64,000 nucleotides of DNA from the human T2T-CHM13v2.0 reference genome, Homo sapiens, in NCBI GenBank assembly GCA_009914755.4, contig CP068257.2, positions 5,888,001-5,952,000 of the forward strand, written 5' to 3'. The position numbers were made by a program, and so were the translations under genes. Positions 28,613 through 43,409 of this stretch are shown one piece after another (within the stretch, counting starts at the first letter, position 1; each line of letters opens with the position of its first letter). The notes beneath the pieces were generated by a model. The model searched no databases. It was not told the origin of the DNA and saw only the letters and a program-made list of their open reading frames with translations.

Positions 28613-29499
28613 TCCACGCCATTCCTTTCCTTTCCATTCCATTCCATTCCACTCCATTCCATTCCACTCCACTCCATTCCATTCCATTTCATTCTATTCC
28701 ATTCCAATACATTCCACTGCACTACTTTCCACACCTTTCCATTCCACTCCATTCCCCTCTTCTATTCCATTCCATTCCATTCCACATCATTCCATTGCAT
28801 TCCATTCCATTCCAATCCACTCCACTCTATTCCACTCCTCTAATTTCCATTCCAATCTGTTCCACTCCACTCCAGTCCATTCCATTCCACTCCATTCCAT
28901 TTCACTCCATTCCATTCAATTGCAGCCCAATCCCCTCCTGCCTAATCCATTAGGTTCCCTTCCGTTCCAATCCATTCCAGTCCTTTCCATTCCATTCCAC
29001 TACGTTCCATTCCAATCCATTCAACTAGTCTTCATTCCACTCCAATCCATTCCACTTCACTCCCCTCCTCTATTCCATTCCATTCGATTGCATTCCACTC
29101 CAATCCAGTCCTTTCCACTCCACTCCTTTCCATTCTATTCCATTCAATTACATTCCACTTCACGCCACTCCATTCCATTCCACTCCACTACACTCTATTA
29201 CACTCCATCCCATTCCATTACATTCCATTCCATTCCACTCCATTCCATTCAAATCAAATCAATTCCTTCTCACTCCACTCCACTCCATTCGGCTACATTC
29301 CATTATATTCCATTCTATTCCACTCCACTCCATTCCATTCCATTCCATTCCTGTCCACTTCACTCCATTTCATTCCATTCCGTTCCACTCCACTACCCTT
29401 CTCTCCATTGCATTCCATTCCAGTCCACTAAATACCAATCCGTTCCATTCCGTTCAATTCCATTCCCCTCCTTTCCAATCCACTGCATTCCACTTCACT

Positions 29500-31340
29500 C
29501 CATTCCATGTCATTCCATTCCATTCCATTCCATTCCATTCCATTCCATTCCATTCCATGTCATTCCATTCCGTTCCATTCCATTCCATTCCGTTCCATTC
29601 CATTCCATGTCATTCCATTCCGATCCATTCCATTCCGTTCCATTCCATTCCATTCCATGTCATTCCATTCCATTCCATTCCATTCCTTTCCATTCCATTC
29701 CATTCCATTCCATTCCATTCCATGTCATTCCATTCCGTTCCATTCCATTCCATTCCATTCCATTCCATTCCATTCCATGTCATTCCATTCCATTCCATTC
29801 CATTCCTTTCCATTCCATTCCATTCCATGTCATTCCATTCCATTCCATGTCATTCCATTCCATTCCATTCCCTGTCATTCCATTCCATTCCATTCCATTC
29901 CATTCCATGTCATTCCATTCCATTCCATTCCATTCCATGTCAATCCATTCCATTCCATTCCATTCCATTCCATTCCATGTCATTCCATTCCATTCCATTC
30001 CATTCCACTCCATGTCATTCCATTCCATTCCATTCCATTCCATGTCATTCCATTCCATTCCATTCCATTCCATTCCATGTCATTCCATTCCATTCCATGT
30101 CATTCCATTCCATGTCATTCCATACCATTCCATTCCATTCCATTCCATTCCATTCCATTCCATGTCATTCCATTCCATTCCATTCCATTCCATGTCATTC
30201 CATGTCATTCCATTCCATTCCATGTCATTCCATTCCATTCCATTCCATTCCATTCCATTCCATTCCATTCCATGTCATTCCATTCCATTCCATTCCATTC
30301 CATGTCATTCCATTCCATTCCATTCCATTCCATTCCATTCCATTCCATGTCATTCCATTCCATTCCATTCCATTCCATTCCATTCCATGTCATTCCATTC
30401 CATTGCATTCCATGTCATTCCATTCCATTCCATTCCATGTCATTCTATTCCATTCCATTCCATGTCATTCCATTCCATTCCATTCCATTCCATGTCATTC
30501 CATTCCATTCCATTCCATTCCATGTGATTCCATTCCATTCCATTCCATTCCATTCCATTCCATGTGATTCCATTCCATTCCATTCCATTCCATTCCATTC
30601 CATTCCATTCCATGTGATTCCATTCCATTCCATGTCATTCCATTCCATGTCATTCCATTCTATTCCATTCCATGTCATTCCATTCCATTCCATTCCATTC
30701 CATTGCATGTCATTCCATTCCATTCCATTCCATGTCATTCCATTCCATTCCATTCCATTCCATTCCATTCCATTCCATTCCGTGTCATTCCATTCCATTC
30801 CGTGTCATTCCATTCCATTCCATTCCATTCCATTCCATGTCATTCCATTCCATTCCATGTCATTCCATTCCATTCCATTCCATTCCATGTCATTCCATTC
30901 CATTCCATTCCATGTCATTCCATTCCATTCCATGTCATTCCATTCCATTCCATGTCATTCCATTCTATTCCATTCCATGTCATTCCATTCCATTCCATTC
31001 CATTCCATGTCATTCCATTCCATTCCATTCCATTCCATTCCATGTCATTCCATTCCATTCCATTCCATTCCATGTCATTCCATTCCATTCCATTCCATTC
31101 CATTCCATTCCATGTCATTCCATTCCATTCCATGTCATTCCATTCCATTCCATTCCATTCCATGTCATTCCATTCCATTCCATGTCATTCCATTCCATTC
31201 CATTCCATGTCATTCCATTCCATTCCATTCCATGTCATTCCATTCCATTCCATTCCATGTCATTCCATTCCATTCCATTCCATGTCATTCCATTCCATTC
31301 CAATCCATTCCTTTTCATTCCATTCCATTCCATTCCATTC
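29500..31340 (+). repeat. Highly homogeneous near-pure (ATTCC)n core block with in-phase CATGTC (and occasional CGTTCC / CATGTG) variant pentamers. Probably the youngest, most recently amplified part of the array
   Basis: About 1.85 kb is almost entirely ccattccattcc with catgtcattcc recurring at irregular spacings that are all multiples of 5 bp (50, 50, 50, 65, 55, 50, 20, 25 ...), so the pentamer phase is preserved (TC to GT dinucleotide variant). The transitions to diverged satellite at about 29,480 and about 31,340 are sharp. Confidence 0.88.
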
Positions 31341-31839
31341 CATTTCTCTCCACTTCATTACATTCCACTTCAGTCCATTCCATTCATTTCAATACACTCC
31401 GTTCCATTCCATACCACTCCATTCCACTCCACCTCATTCCATTCCGTTCCATTCCTTTCCACTACACTCAATTCCATTCCATTCCACTCTACTCCATTCC
31501 TCTCCACTCCATTCCACTCCACTACATTCCACTTCACTCAACTCCATTTCATTCCACTCCGTTCCATTCCACTCCATATATTTCCACTCCACTCAATTCC
31601 ATTCCCTTCCAATCCACTCCACTCCATTCCAGTCCATCCCACTCAATTCCGTTACACTCCACTCCCCTCCTTTTCATTCGATTTAACTGCATTCCCATCC
31701 ATTGCATTCCATCACGTCCCATTCCATTCCATTTCACTCCACACCGTTACATTCCATACAACTCTAGTGCATTCCATTTCATTGCATTCCTTTCCATTCT
31801 ATTCCACTCCATTCCATTCCACTCCATTCCATTGCATTG

Positions 31840-32170
31840 CGATCCATTCCATGGAATTCCATTCCACTCCATTCCATTGCATTCCAATCCATTCCATGGA
31901 ATTCCATTCCACTCCATTCCATTGCATTCCATTCCATGGAAATCCATTCCACTCCATTCCATTGCATTCCATTCCATAGAATTCCATTCCATGAAATTCC
32001 ATTCCACTCCATTCCAAAGCATTCCATTTCATGGAATTCCATTCCATTTCATGGAATTCCATTCCATTCCACTCCATTCCAAAGCATTCCATTCCACGGA
32101 ATTCCATTCCATTCCATGGAATTCATAACATTACATGGAATTCCATTCCATTCCATGGAATTCCATTACA
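31840..32170 (+). repeat. Second, smaller cluster of CCATGGAATTCC palindromic variant units (about 40-45-bp spacing)
   Basis: ccatggaattccattccactccattccattgcattcc is repeated about 7 times, with degenerate copies (ccatagaattcc, ccatgaaattcc, ccacggaattcc). There is a further pair at 34,321-34,360 (cattgcatggaattccattgcatggaattcc). Confidence 0.75.
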
Positions 32171-33099
32171 TTCCACTCCTCTCCATTCCATTACATTCCA
32201 CTCCTCTCCTTTCCATTACATTCCACTCCTCTCTATTCCATTACATTCCACTCCTCTCCATTCCATTCCACTCCAGTGCACTCTATTCCACTCCATTCCA
32301 CTAAATTCCCTTCCATTCCATTCCATTCCTTTCCATTCCATTCCACCCCATTCCATTTCTCTCTTCTACATTCCATTGCCTCCTGATCCATTCCATTCCA
32401 TTCCATTCCACTCCATTCCATTCCATTCCATTGAATTCCATTCCATTCCCCTCCACTCGTTTCCATTCTATTTCACTCCATTCCATTCCATTCCATTCCA
32501 TTCTATTGTACTCCACACAATTCCATTCCACTCCAACCCACTCCATTCCATTCAATTCCATTTCACTCTATTCCATTCCATTCCATTCCACCCCATTCCA
32601 TTCCATTCTACTACAATTCTTTCCAATTTTTTCCACTCCACTCTATTCCTCTCCATTCCATTCCACTCCACTCCTTTCCATTCCATTCATCCCCATTCGA
32701 TTCCAATCCGTTCCATTTCAGTCCACTTCACTCCATTCCACTCCACTCCACTCCACTCTGCTCCATTCCACACCTTTCTATTGCATTCTATTCCATTCCA
32801 TTACACTCCATTCCATTAGATTCCACTTCTTTCCGTTCCATTCCATTCCATTCTATACCATTCCATTCCACTGCATTCCTTTCCATTATATTCCAATCCA
32901 CGCCATTCCACGCCATTGCCTTCCATTCCATTCCATTCTACTACACTAAATTCCATTTCATTCCACTCGACCCCACTAAACTCCACTCCATTCCATTCCA
33001 TTCCATTCCATTCCATTCCATTACCTTAAACACCAGTGAGTTCCATTCCACTCGACCCGACTCCATTCCATTCCATTCCATTCCATTCCATTCCATTCC

Positions 33100-36000
33100 A
33101 TTCCATTTCATTATATTCCATTCCATTCCACTCCTTTCTGTTCCATTGCACTACATTCCATTCCAACCTACTCCACTCCACTACTTTCCACTCCATTAAA
33201 TTCCACTCCACTCCACTCCTCTCCTGTCCATTCCATTCCATTTTATTCCATTGCATTCCATTCCACTACACTACACTCCATTTCAGTCCAATCCGTTCCA
33301 TTCCATTCCACTCCACTCCATTCCATTCCATTCCACTCCACTATACTCCACTGCACTCTATTCCATTCCATTCCACTACAATCCACTGCACTCCATTCTA
33401 CTCCATTCCATTCCATTCCATGCCACTCCATTGCTTTCTATGCCATTCCGTTCCATTTCACTTCACTGCACTCCATTCCACTCGATTCCTCTCAATTCCA
33501 TTCCTTTCCATTCCATTCCTTCGAACTCCACTCCTGTCCGTTCTTTGAATTGCATTCCACTCCATTTCATTCCATTCCATTTCACTTCACTCGACCCCAT
33601 TCCACACCATTCCTCTCCAATTCATTCCTTTGAAATCGATTCCATTCCACTGCATTCCATTCCAATACACTCAATTCTATTGTGTTCCATTCCCCACCAG
33701 TAATTGAACTCCATTCCATTACACTCCACTCCCCTCCTCTCCATTTCATTCCATTCCTTTCCGCTCCACTCCATTCCATTCCACTCCACTTCCCTCTTCT
33801 CAATTCCATTCCGCTCCACTCCCCTCCTCTCCATTCCATTCCATTTGTTTCCATTCCATCCCACTCCACTTCATTTATTTCCATTCCACTCCATTATGTT
33901 TCCTTCTATTCCACTCCACTGCATTCTCCTCCATTCCATTCCACTCCACCCCCCTCCTCTCTACTGCATTTCATTTCATTCCATTCCATTAACCTCCACT
34001 CCTTTCCATTCCTTTCCACTCCTCTCCTTTCCATTCCTTTCCTTTCCATTCCATTCCATTCCATTCCGTTCTGTTCTGTTTAATTCCATTCTATTTCATT
34101 CCATGCCTCTCCACTGTATTCCATTCCACTCCACTCCATTCCACTCCATTACTCTCTATTTCCTTACAATCCACTCCCCTCCTTTATATTCCATTCATCT
34201 CCATTCCATTCCATTTCATACCATTCCTTCCCATTCCTTTCCACTCCTCTCTTTCACATACCATTCTAGTCCATTCCATTCCATTCCATTGCATTCCTTT
34301 CCATTCAATTCCAATCCATTCCATTCCATTCCATTGCATGGAATTCCATTGCATGGAATTCCATTCCATTCCCCTCTACTGCATTGCATTTCATTCCACT
34401 CCTCTCCATTCAACTACCTTCCCTTACATTCCATTCCATTCGATTCCATTCAATTCCACTCCACTCCATTCCATTTCATTCCACTGAATCCCCCTCCACT
34501 GCACTCCACTCCACTCCATTCCATTCCTCTCCATTCTCTTCCACTCTACTCATATCTATTCCTCTCTAACCGACTCCATTGCATTCCATTTCATGCAATT
34601 CAATTCCATTCCATTCCATGCAATTCAATTTTATTCTATTCCATTCCACTCCTTTCCGTTCTTTTCCACTTCATTCCATTCCAATCTACTCGACTCCGCT
34701 ATATTAGACTCCATTAAATTACACTCCACTCCCCTCCTCTCCTTTCTGTTCCATTCCATTCTATTGCATTCCATTCCAATGCACTGCACTCCATTTCAAT
34801 CCACTCCCATCCATTCCATTCCATTCCATTCCATTCCATTCCATTCCTTTCCTTTCCATTCCATTCCATTCTTTTCTATTCCATTCCATTCCATTTCATT
34901 CCTTTCCATTCCATTCCATTGAAATCCTTTCCATTCCACTCCACTCCATTTCATTCCATTTCACTCGAACGCACTCCGTTCCATTCTATTCCACTCCACA
35001 CAATTCCATTCCACTCCTACACCCTCTATTCCATTCAATTCCATTTCATTCTATTCCATTCCATTCCATTCCATTCCAATCCTTTCCATCCCATTCCACT
35101 GCATTCCATTCCAATCCACTCCACTCCACTATGTTCCACTCCATTCCATTCCACTCCACTCCACTCCATCCACTCCATTCCATTCGATTCCATTCCCCTC
35201 CACTGCAGTGCATTCAATTCGACTAGACTCCACTCCACTCCATTCCACTGCATTCCACTCCATTCCCTTCCATACCATTCCTCCCCGTTCCATTCCATTC
35301 CAATCCAATCCATTCCATTTCAGTCCTCTCCACTCAATTCCACTCCACTGCACTCCACTCCATTACACTCCATTCCATTGAATTTCATTCCATTCCATTC
35401 CACTCCATTCCTGTAGGTTCCACTCCACTCCATTCCATTCCATTCCACTCCATTCTGTTCCATTAAATTCCACTCCAGTCCATTCCACTCTATTCCATTC
35501 CTTTCCATTCCACTCTACTCCATTCCATTTCATTCCACTGGACGCCACTCCACTCCACCCCACTCCATTCCATTCCATTATCGTCCTCTCCACTCAAATC
35601 CATTCCTCTCCACCCAACTCTATTGCATTTCATTTCATTCCATTCATTTCCATTCCATTGCATTCCATTCCAATCCTTTCCGTTCCATTCCACTACATTC
35701 CATTCCAGTCTACTCCACTCTGTTACATTCCACTGCATTAAATTCCACTCCACTCCCCTACTCTCCTTTCCATTCCATTCCATTGAATTTCATTGCGTTC
35801 CATATCACTGCACTCCACACCATTTCACTCCACTCAATTCCATTCCATTCCATTCCATTCCATTCCATTCCACTCCACTCCCTTCCGTTCCCTTCCCTTC
35901 CATTCCATTCCATTGAATTCCTTTCCATTCCACACCACTCCATTCCATTCCTTTTCACTCGACCCCACTGCATTCCATTCCGTTGCATTCTATTCCCCTC

Positions 36001-37700
36001 CATACAATTCCATTCCACTCCACCACCCTCTGTTCCATTCAATTCCATTTCAATCTATACCATTCCATTCCATTCCATTCCAATACTTTGCATCACATTC
36101 CACTGCATTTCATTCCAATCCACTCCACTCCACTATATTGCACTCCATTCCATTTCACTTCACTCCACTCCACCCACTCCATTGCATTCCATTCCATTGC
36201 CCTCCACTGCACTCCACTGCACTCTGTTCCATTCTACTCCACTCCACTCCACTCATTTCCACTCCATTCCTCCCCATTCCATTCCATTACATTCCAATCC
36301 ATTCCGTTTCAGTCCACTTCACTCCATTCCACTCCATTCTGTTGAATTCCATTCCATTCCATTCCACACCATTCCATTAGATTCCACTGCACTCCATTCC
36401 ATTCCATTCCATTCCACTCCATTCCTTTCCATTAAATTCCACTCCACTCCATTCTACTCCATTCCAGACCATTCCATTCCACACCACTCTACTCCATTCC
36501 AATCCATTCCGTTTTCATCCACTCCACTCAAGTCCATTACTCTCCACCTGACTAGATTGCAATTCAATTCATTCCATTAAATTCCATTCCATTCCCTTCC
36601 ACTTCTTTCCCTTCTATACCACTGCATTCCATTCCAATCTACTCCACTCTGCTACATTCCACTGCATTAAATTCCACTCCACTCTCCTCCTCTCCTTTCC
36701 ATTCCATTCCATTCGGTTCCATTGCATTCCATTCCACTGCACTCCAATCCATTTCCCTCCACTCCATTCCATTCCACTCCCCTCCATTCCATTCCACTGC
36801 ACTATACTCCACTCCACTTCATTCCATTCCATTCCATTCCACTCCACTCCACCCCAGCCCACACAATTCCACTACGTTCCATTCTTTCCATCCAAATCCA
36901 TTCCATTCTATTCCATTGCATTCCATTACTTTTCATTTCCCTCCACTTCTCTGCATTCCACTACACTCCACTTTTCCATTCCATTCCATTCCATTCCACT
37001 ACACTAAAATAAACCATTCCACTCCACCACACTCCACTCTATTCCACTCTATTCCATTCCATTCCTTTCCATTCCATTCCATTCCATTCCCTTAAATTCC
37101 TTTCCACTCCTCTCTATTTCATTGAATTCCATTCCATTCCATTCCATTCCATTGCACTGCACTTCAATCCACTCCATTCCGTTCCACTCCATCCCAGTTC
37201 ACTCCACTCCCCTCCATTCCATTCCATTCCATTCCAATTCACTCCATTCCATTAAAGTCGACTCCATTCCATTCCATTCCGTTCTAATCTATTCCAATCC
37301 ACTCCATTTCATTCCACTCCACTGAATCCCTTTCCATTCCATTCCACTCCACTCAGTCCACTCCATTCCATTACACTCCACTCCCCTCCTCTACTTTCAA
37401 TTGCACTCCATTCCCTTCCGTTCCACTCCACTCTATTACATTCCACTCCATTCCCCTATTGTCCATTGCATTCCATTTTATTCCATTCCATTCCATTCCA
37501 CTCCACTTCTTTCTATTCCATTGCACTCCACTCCCCTCCATTTCACTCCATTCCATTCCTTTCCATTCCATTCCACTCCCATCCACTAGTCCCCACTCCT
37601 CTCCCCTCCTCTGCATTCCATTCCGTTTCACCACATTCCATACCACTCCATTCCACTCGACTACATTCCGTTCCATTCCACTCCAATCCATTCCATTCCA
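33100..37700 (+). repeat. Sub-domain punctuated by a recurring C-rich motif cattaaattccactcc...cccctcctctcc / cattacactccactcccctcctctcc at roughly 0.5-1.5-kb intervals (irregular higher-order periodicity)
   Basis: Motif copies at about 33,195, 33,715, 34,715, 35,745, 36,675 and 37,365. Flanks align (for example 35,711 versus 36,641, ccactctg(t/c)tacattccactgcattaaattccactccactc...). The - strand pseudo-ORFs share RVEWNLMQWNV(T/A)EWSRLEWN. Confidence 0.5.
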
Positions 37701-40559
37701 TTCATCTCCCCTCCATTCCACTGCATTCCATTCCACTCCTCTCCACTCCATCCCATTCCACTCCAGTCCATTCCATTCCATTCCACTCTATTCCATTCCA
37801 CTCCATTCCACTGAACGCCACTCCATTCCATTCCATTCCAGCCCAATCCCCTCCTCCGCAATCCATTCCATCCCATTCCGTTCCATTCCATTCCATTACA
37901 TTCCATTCCATTCCACCGCTGTCTATTCCATTCCATTCCACTCTACTCCATTCCATTCCAATCCACTCAAATCCTCTCATCTCCTTTCCAATCCACTACA
38001 TTCCATTCCACTGCATACCATTGCATCACATTGCACTGCAATCCATTCTATGCCATTCCATTCTATTCTTTCCACTCCACTCCCCTCCTTTACATTCCTT
38101 TCCACTCCATTCCATTCCATTCCACTCCACTCCAAACCATAGCATTCCACTCCACTCCAATCAATTCTACTCCCTTCCATTCCTGTCCATTCCATTACAC
38201 TGCATTCCATTCCACTGCATTCCGTGCCATTCCCTTCCTCTCCATTCCATTCGACTCCATTCCATTCCATTCCATTACAGTCCTTTCCATTCCATTCCAC
38301 TACATTCCTCTCCAGTCCACTCCACTGCATTCCATTCCTTTCTATTTCTTTCCATTCCATTCCATGCCGTTCCATTCCATTGAATTACATTCCACTCGAA
38401 CGCAATCCACTCCAGTCCACTCCATTCCATTCCGTACCATTCCATTCTACTCTACTCCATTCCATTCCATTCCAATCTACTCCATTTCACCCCACTCTTT
38501 TCCACTCCACTCAACTCCATTCTGTTCCACTCCAATCCATTCCACTTCTTACCATTCCACTCCACTCTGTTCCTTTCCATTCCATTCCAGTCCACTCCAT
38601 TCCACGCCATTCCACTCGATTCCATTCCACTCCACTCTCCTCCTTTACATTCCATTCTACTCTATTCCGTTCCATTCCATTCCATTCCATCAAATAGAAT
38701 TCCATTCCATTCCACTCCACTCCATTCTATTCCATTCCATTCGACTCCAGTCTTTTCCATTCCATGCAATTGCACTCCAATCCCCTCATTTCCATTCCAT
38801 TCCCTTACATTACAATAAATTCCATTCCTTTCCATTCCATTCCATTCCATTAAGCTCCACTCTTCTCCATTCCATTCCACTCCATTTTATTACATTGCTT
38901 TCCATTTCGTTCCATTCCATTCCACTCCATTCCGTTCCATTCCATTCCACTCCATTCCATTCCATTCCATCACACTCCACTCCTCTCCATTCCATTACAC
39001 TCCATTCCATTCCATTCCATTCAATTGCATTCCATTCCATTCCAATTCACTCCATTCCATTGCATTCCATTACGCTCAAATCCTTTCCACTCCATTCCAC
39101 TCCATTCCATTCCACTTTAATCCATTGTGTTCCCATCCACTCAACGCCACTCCACTCCCCTCTAGTCTATTCCAATCCATTCCATTCTCTTCTATTCCAC
39201 ACAATTCCATTCCACTCCTCCCCATCCATTCCATTCACTTTCGTTACATTCTATTCCATTCAACTCCTTTCCATTCCATTTCATTACATTCCATTCCAAT
39301 TCACTCCACTCCACTACATTCCACACCATTCCATTACACTCCATGCCACTTCCCTCCTCTACATTCCATTCCATTTCATTCAATTCCACTACAATCCCCT
39401 CCAATCCTCTCCACTCCTTTCAATTTCATTGCATTCCATTCCAATCCGTTCCATTCCACTCCACTCCATTCCATTCCACTTCATTCCACTCCATTCCACT
39501 TGACTCCACCCCATTCCATTCCACTCCACTCCAATCCAGTCCACTCCACTCCATTCCATTGCAATCCATTCCATTCCTTTCCATTCCATTTCCAATCCTT
39601 TCCATTCCATTCCACTCCACTCCATTCCATTCCATTCCATTTCATTGCATTCCACTCCATTCCATTCCTTTCCATTCCGTTAAACTCCATTCCATTCCAT
39701 TACATTCCACTCCACTCCCCTCCCCTCCATTGCATACCACTCCATTCCATTCCATTGCATTGCTTTCCATTCCATTCCAATCCCCTCCACTCCATTCCAT
39801 TCCATTCCAATCCATTCCATTCCAATCCATTCCATTCCATTCCATTCCTCTCCAATACATTCCAATGCAATCCTCTCCATTCCATTCCATTCCATTCCAT
39901 ACCACTACAGTTCGTTCCATTCCATACGACTCCATTACAATCCAATACATTCCATTGCATTCCATGCCATTCCATTCCAGTCCACTATATTCCATTACAT
40001 TCCATTCCACTCCACTCCATTCCACTCCTCTCCATTCCACTCCATTCCAATCCACTCAGCTCCATTCCATTCCCCTCATTTCCCGTAAACTCCTTACCAT
40101 TCCAATCCACTCTATTCCATTACATTCTACTTCAATCCATTCCACTCTATTCCACTCCATTCCGTTCCACTCCACTCCCCTCCTTTACATTCTTTTCCAC
40201 TCCATTCCATTCCATTCCATTTTCTTCCATTCCATTCCATCCCATTCCCATCCACTCCACTCTATTGCTTTCCATTCCACTCCACTCCATTCCATTCCAC
40301 CCCATTCCATTCCATTCCTTTCAACTGCAATCCATTCCCTTCCATTCCATTCCATTAAATTACATTCCATTCCAATGCACTCAATTCCATTCCACTGCAA
40401 TCCACTCCATTCTATTCCATTTCATTCCGTTCCATTCCATTCCGTTCCTTTACATTCCATTCCAATCCATTCGATTCCATTCCACTACTTTCCATTCCAT
40501 TCCATTCCATTCCACTCTACTACATTTCTCTCCATTCCATTCCACTCCACTCCCATCCA

Positions 40560-41480
40560 CTCCATTTCTTTCCATTCCATCTCACTCCACTCCATTCCAC
40601 TCCATTCCTTTCCATTCCCTTTCATTCCATTCCATTCCATTCTACTTCTCTAAATCATTTAAATTCCACTCCACTCCAGTCCACTCCAATCCACTTTATT
40701 CCATTCCTTTCCATTCCATTACGTTCCATTACACTCCATTCCATTCCATTCCAGTCTACTTCATTGCATTTGATTCCGCTCCATTCCATTCCAATCCACT
40801 GCACTCCTCTCCATTCCATTCCATTCCATTCCATTCCATTCCATTCCATTCCATTCCATTCTCTTCCATTGCATTCCACTCCACTACATTCCACTCCATT
40901 CCACTCCCCTCAGCTCCATTCCATTCCTTTCTGTCCGTTAAACTCCATACAATTCCACTCCACTTTATTCCATTACATTCTACTCCGATCCAATCCACTC
41001 CATTCCACTCCATTCCATTCCACTCCACTCCCCTCCTTTACATTCCATTCCACTCCATTCCATTCCATTCCACTACATTCCATTCCAATCCAATCCACTC
41101 CACTACGTTCCACTCCATTCCATTCCACTCCACTCCCCTCCTCTCCATTCCATTCCATTCCATCTCACTCCATTCCATTCCACTCTGTTCCATTCCATTC
41201 CATTCTGTTCCATTATATTCCATTCCTTTCCATTCCATTCCATTCCATTCCATTCCATTCCATTACATTCCACTTCTCAAAATCATTGAAATTCTACTCC
41301 ACTCCACTCCATTCCATTCCATTTATCTCCATTCCATTCCATTCCATTCCACTCCTCTGCATTCTTTCCCTTCCATTCCACTTCACTCCGTTCCATTCTA
41401 TTCCACTTCATTCCATTCCAATCCATTGCATTCCGCTCCATTCCATTCCATTTCATTCCACTCCACTCTTTTCCTCACTA
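40560..41480 (+). repeat. About 630-bp higher-order repeat, at least 2 copies
   Basis: Unusual motifs ctacttctctaaatcatttaaattccactcc (40,641) and cacttctcaaaatcattgaaattctactcc (41,271) lie 630 bp apart. Similar flanks include catctcactcc upstream and cttcatt..gattccgctccattccattcc downstream. Confidence 0.55.
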
Positions 41481-43409
41481 TTCCATTCCATTCCCTTCCA
41501 TTCCATTCCAATCCATTCCACTCCACTCCACTCCATTCCAATCCACTCCACGGCATTTCATTCCATTCCACTCTACTCCAGTCCACTCCATCCTAATCCA
41601 CTCCACTCCATTCCACTCCTTTCCTTTCCATCACATTCCATTCAATTCCACTGCATTCCATTCAATTACTTTCCATTTTATTAAATTCCATTCCTTTCCA
41701 TTCCACTCCACTCCATCTCTTTCCATTCCATTTCATTCGAATCCAATCCACTCCATTACATTTCATTACACTCCATTACACTCCCTTCCATTCCATTCCA
41801 TTCCATTCCCTTGCATTCCATTCCATTCCATTCCATTCCACTCCATTCCCTTGCATTCCATTCCATTCCATTCCATTCCACTCCATTCCCTTGCATTCCA
41901 TTCCATTCCATTCCATTCCACTACACACCCTTTCCATACCACTCTATTCCAATCCACTCCATTCCATTCCATCCACTACACTCCATTCCATTCCATTCCA
42001 TTCCACTCTACTCCATTCCACTCCACTCTATTCCAATGCCCTCAAATCCATTCCATTGCCCTACATTCCATTCCACTCCACCATTCCACTCCACTCCATT
42101 CCATTTCATTCCATTCAACTCATATCCATTCCACGCCATTCCACTCCACTCCATTCGAATCCACTCCCCTCTTTACATTCCTTTCCACGCCATTCCATTC
42201 TTTCTATTCCATTCCATTCCAAAAAATTCCTTTCCATTCCCCTAATCTCCATTCCATTGCTTTCCACAGCATATCATTCCACTCCATTCCATTGCTTTCC
42301 ACTGCTTTCCATTCCACTCCATTCTATTGCAATCATTTACATTCCATTCCATTCCATTCCATTCCATTCCATTCCATTCCTTTCCATTTGATTCCATTCC
42401 TCTCCATTACATTCAACTCCACTCCATTCCATTCAATTCCATTCCATTGCATTCCATTCCTTTGAATTCCATTCCATTCCACTCCACTCCATTCCATTCC
42501 ATACCACTCACTCCCACTCCACTCTACTCCACTCAATTCCATTCCATTCCACAATATTCCACTCCCCTCAATTCCATTCCACTCCACGCCAGTCCACTCC
42601 ATTGCATTCCATTCCATTTCATTCCATTCCATTCCATTTCTTTCCACTACTTTCCATTCCATTCCACTAAATTCCATTGCAATCCACTCAACTACACTAC
42701 ATTCCACTCCTTTCCATTCCACTCCACTCTCCTCCTCTCCATTCCATTCCTTTCCATTCCATTCCATTCCCTTCCATTGCACTATACTCCCCTCCATTCC
42801 AATCCAATCCACAACACTCTATTCCACTCCATTCCACTCCAACCCATTCCATTCCATTTGGTGACATTGCTCTCCTTTCCTTTCCACTCCAATCCATTCC
42901 GTATCACTTCACTACACTCCTTTATACTCTCCTCCATTACATTCCATTTCATTCCAGTCCATTTCCTTTCGATTACATTCCTCTCCACTCCATTCCACTC
43001 TGTTCCATTCCACTCCATTCCCTTCTCTCCAGTGCATTCCATTCCGTTCCATTCCTTTCCATTCCATTCCATTCCATTTCAATCCCCTTCGTTCCATTCC
43101 ATTCCACTCCAATCCATTCCATTCCATTCCATTTCACTCCATTCCATTCCATTCCACTCCATTCGATTTGATTCGATTCCATTCCATTGCATTCCATTGC
43201 ATTGCATTGCATTCCATTCCATTCCATTCCATTCCATTCCACTCCAATCCATTCCATTTCACTCAATTCCATTCCCATCCGTTCCATTCCACTACACTCT
43301 CTCTTGAAATCCGTACCTTTCCACTCTTCTCCACTCCAATCCGTTTTCCCCATTCCATTCCATTCTATTCCCCTTCACTCCACTCCATTCGATCAACACT
43401 ACTCCATTC

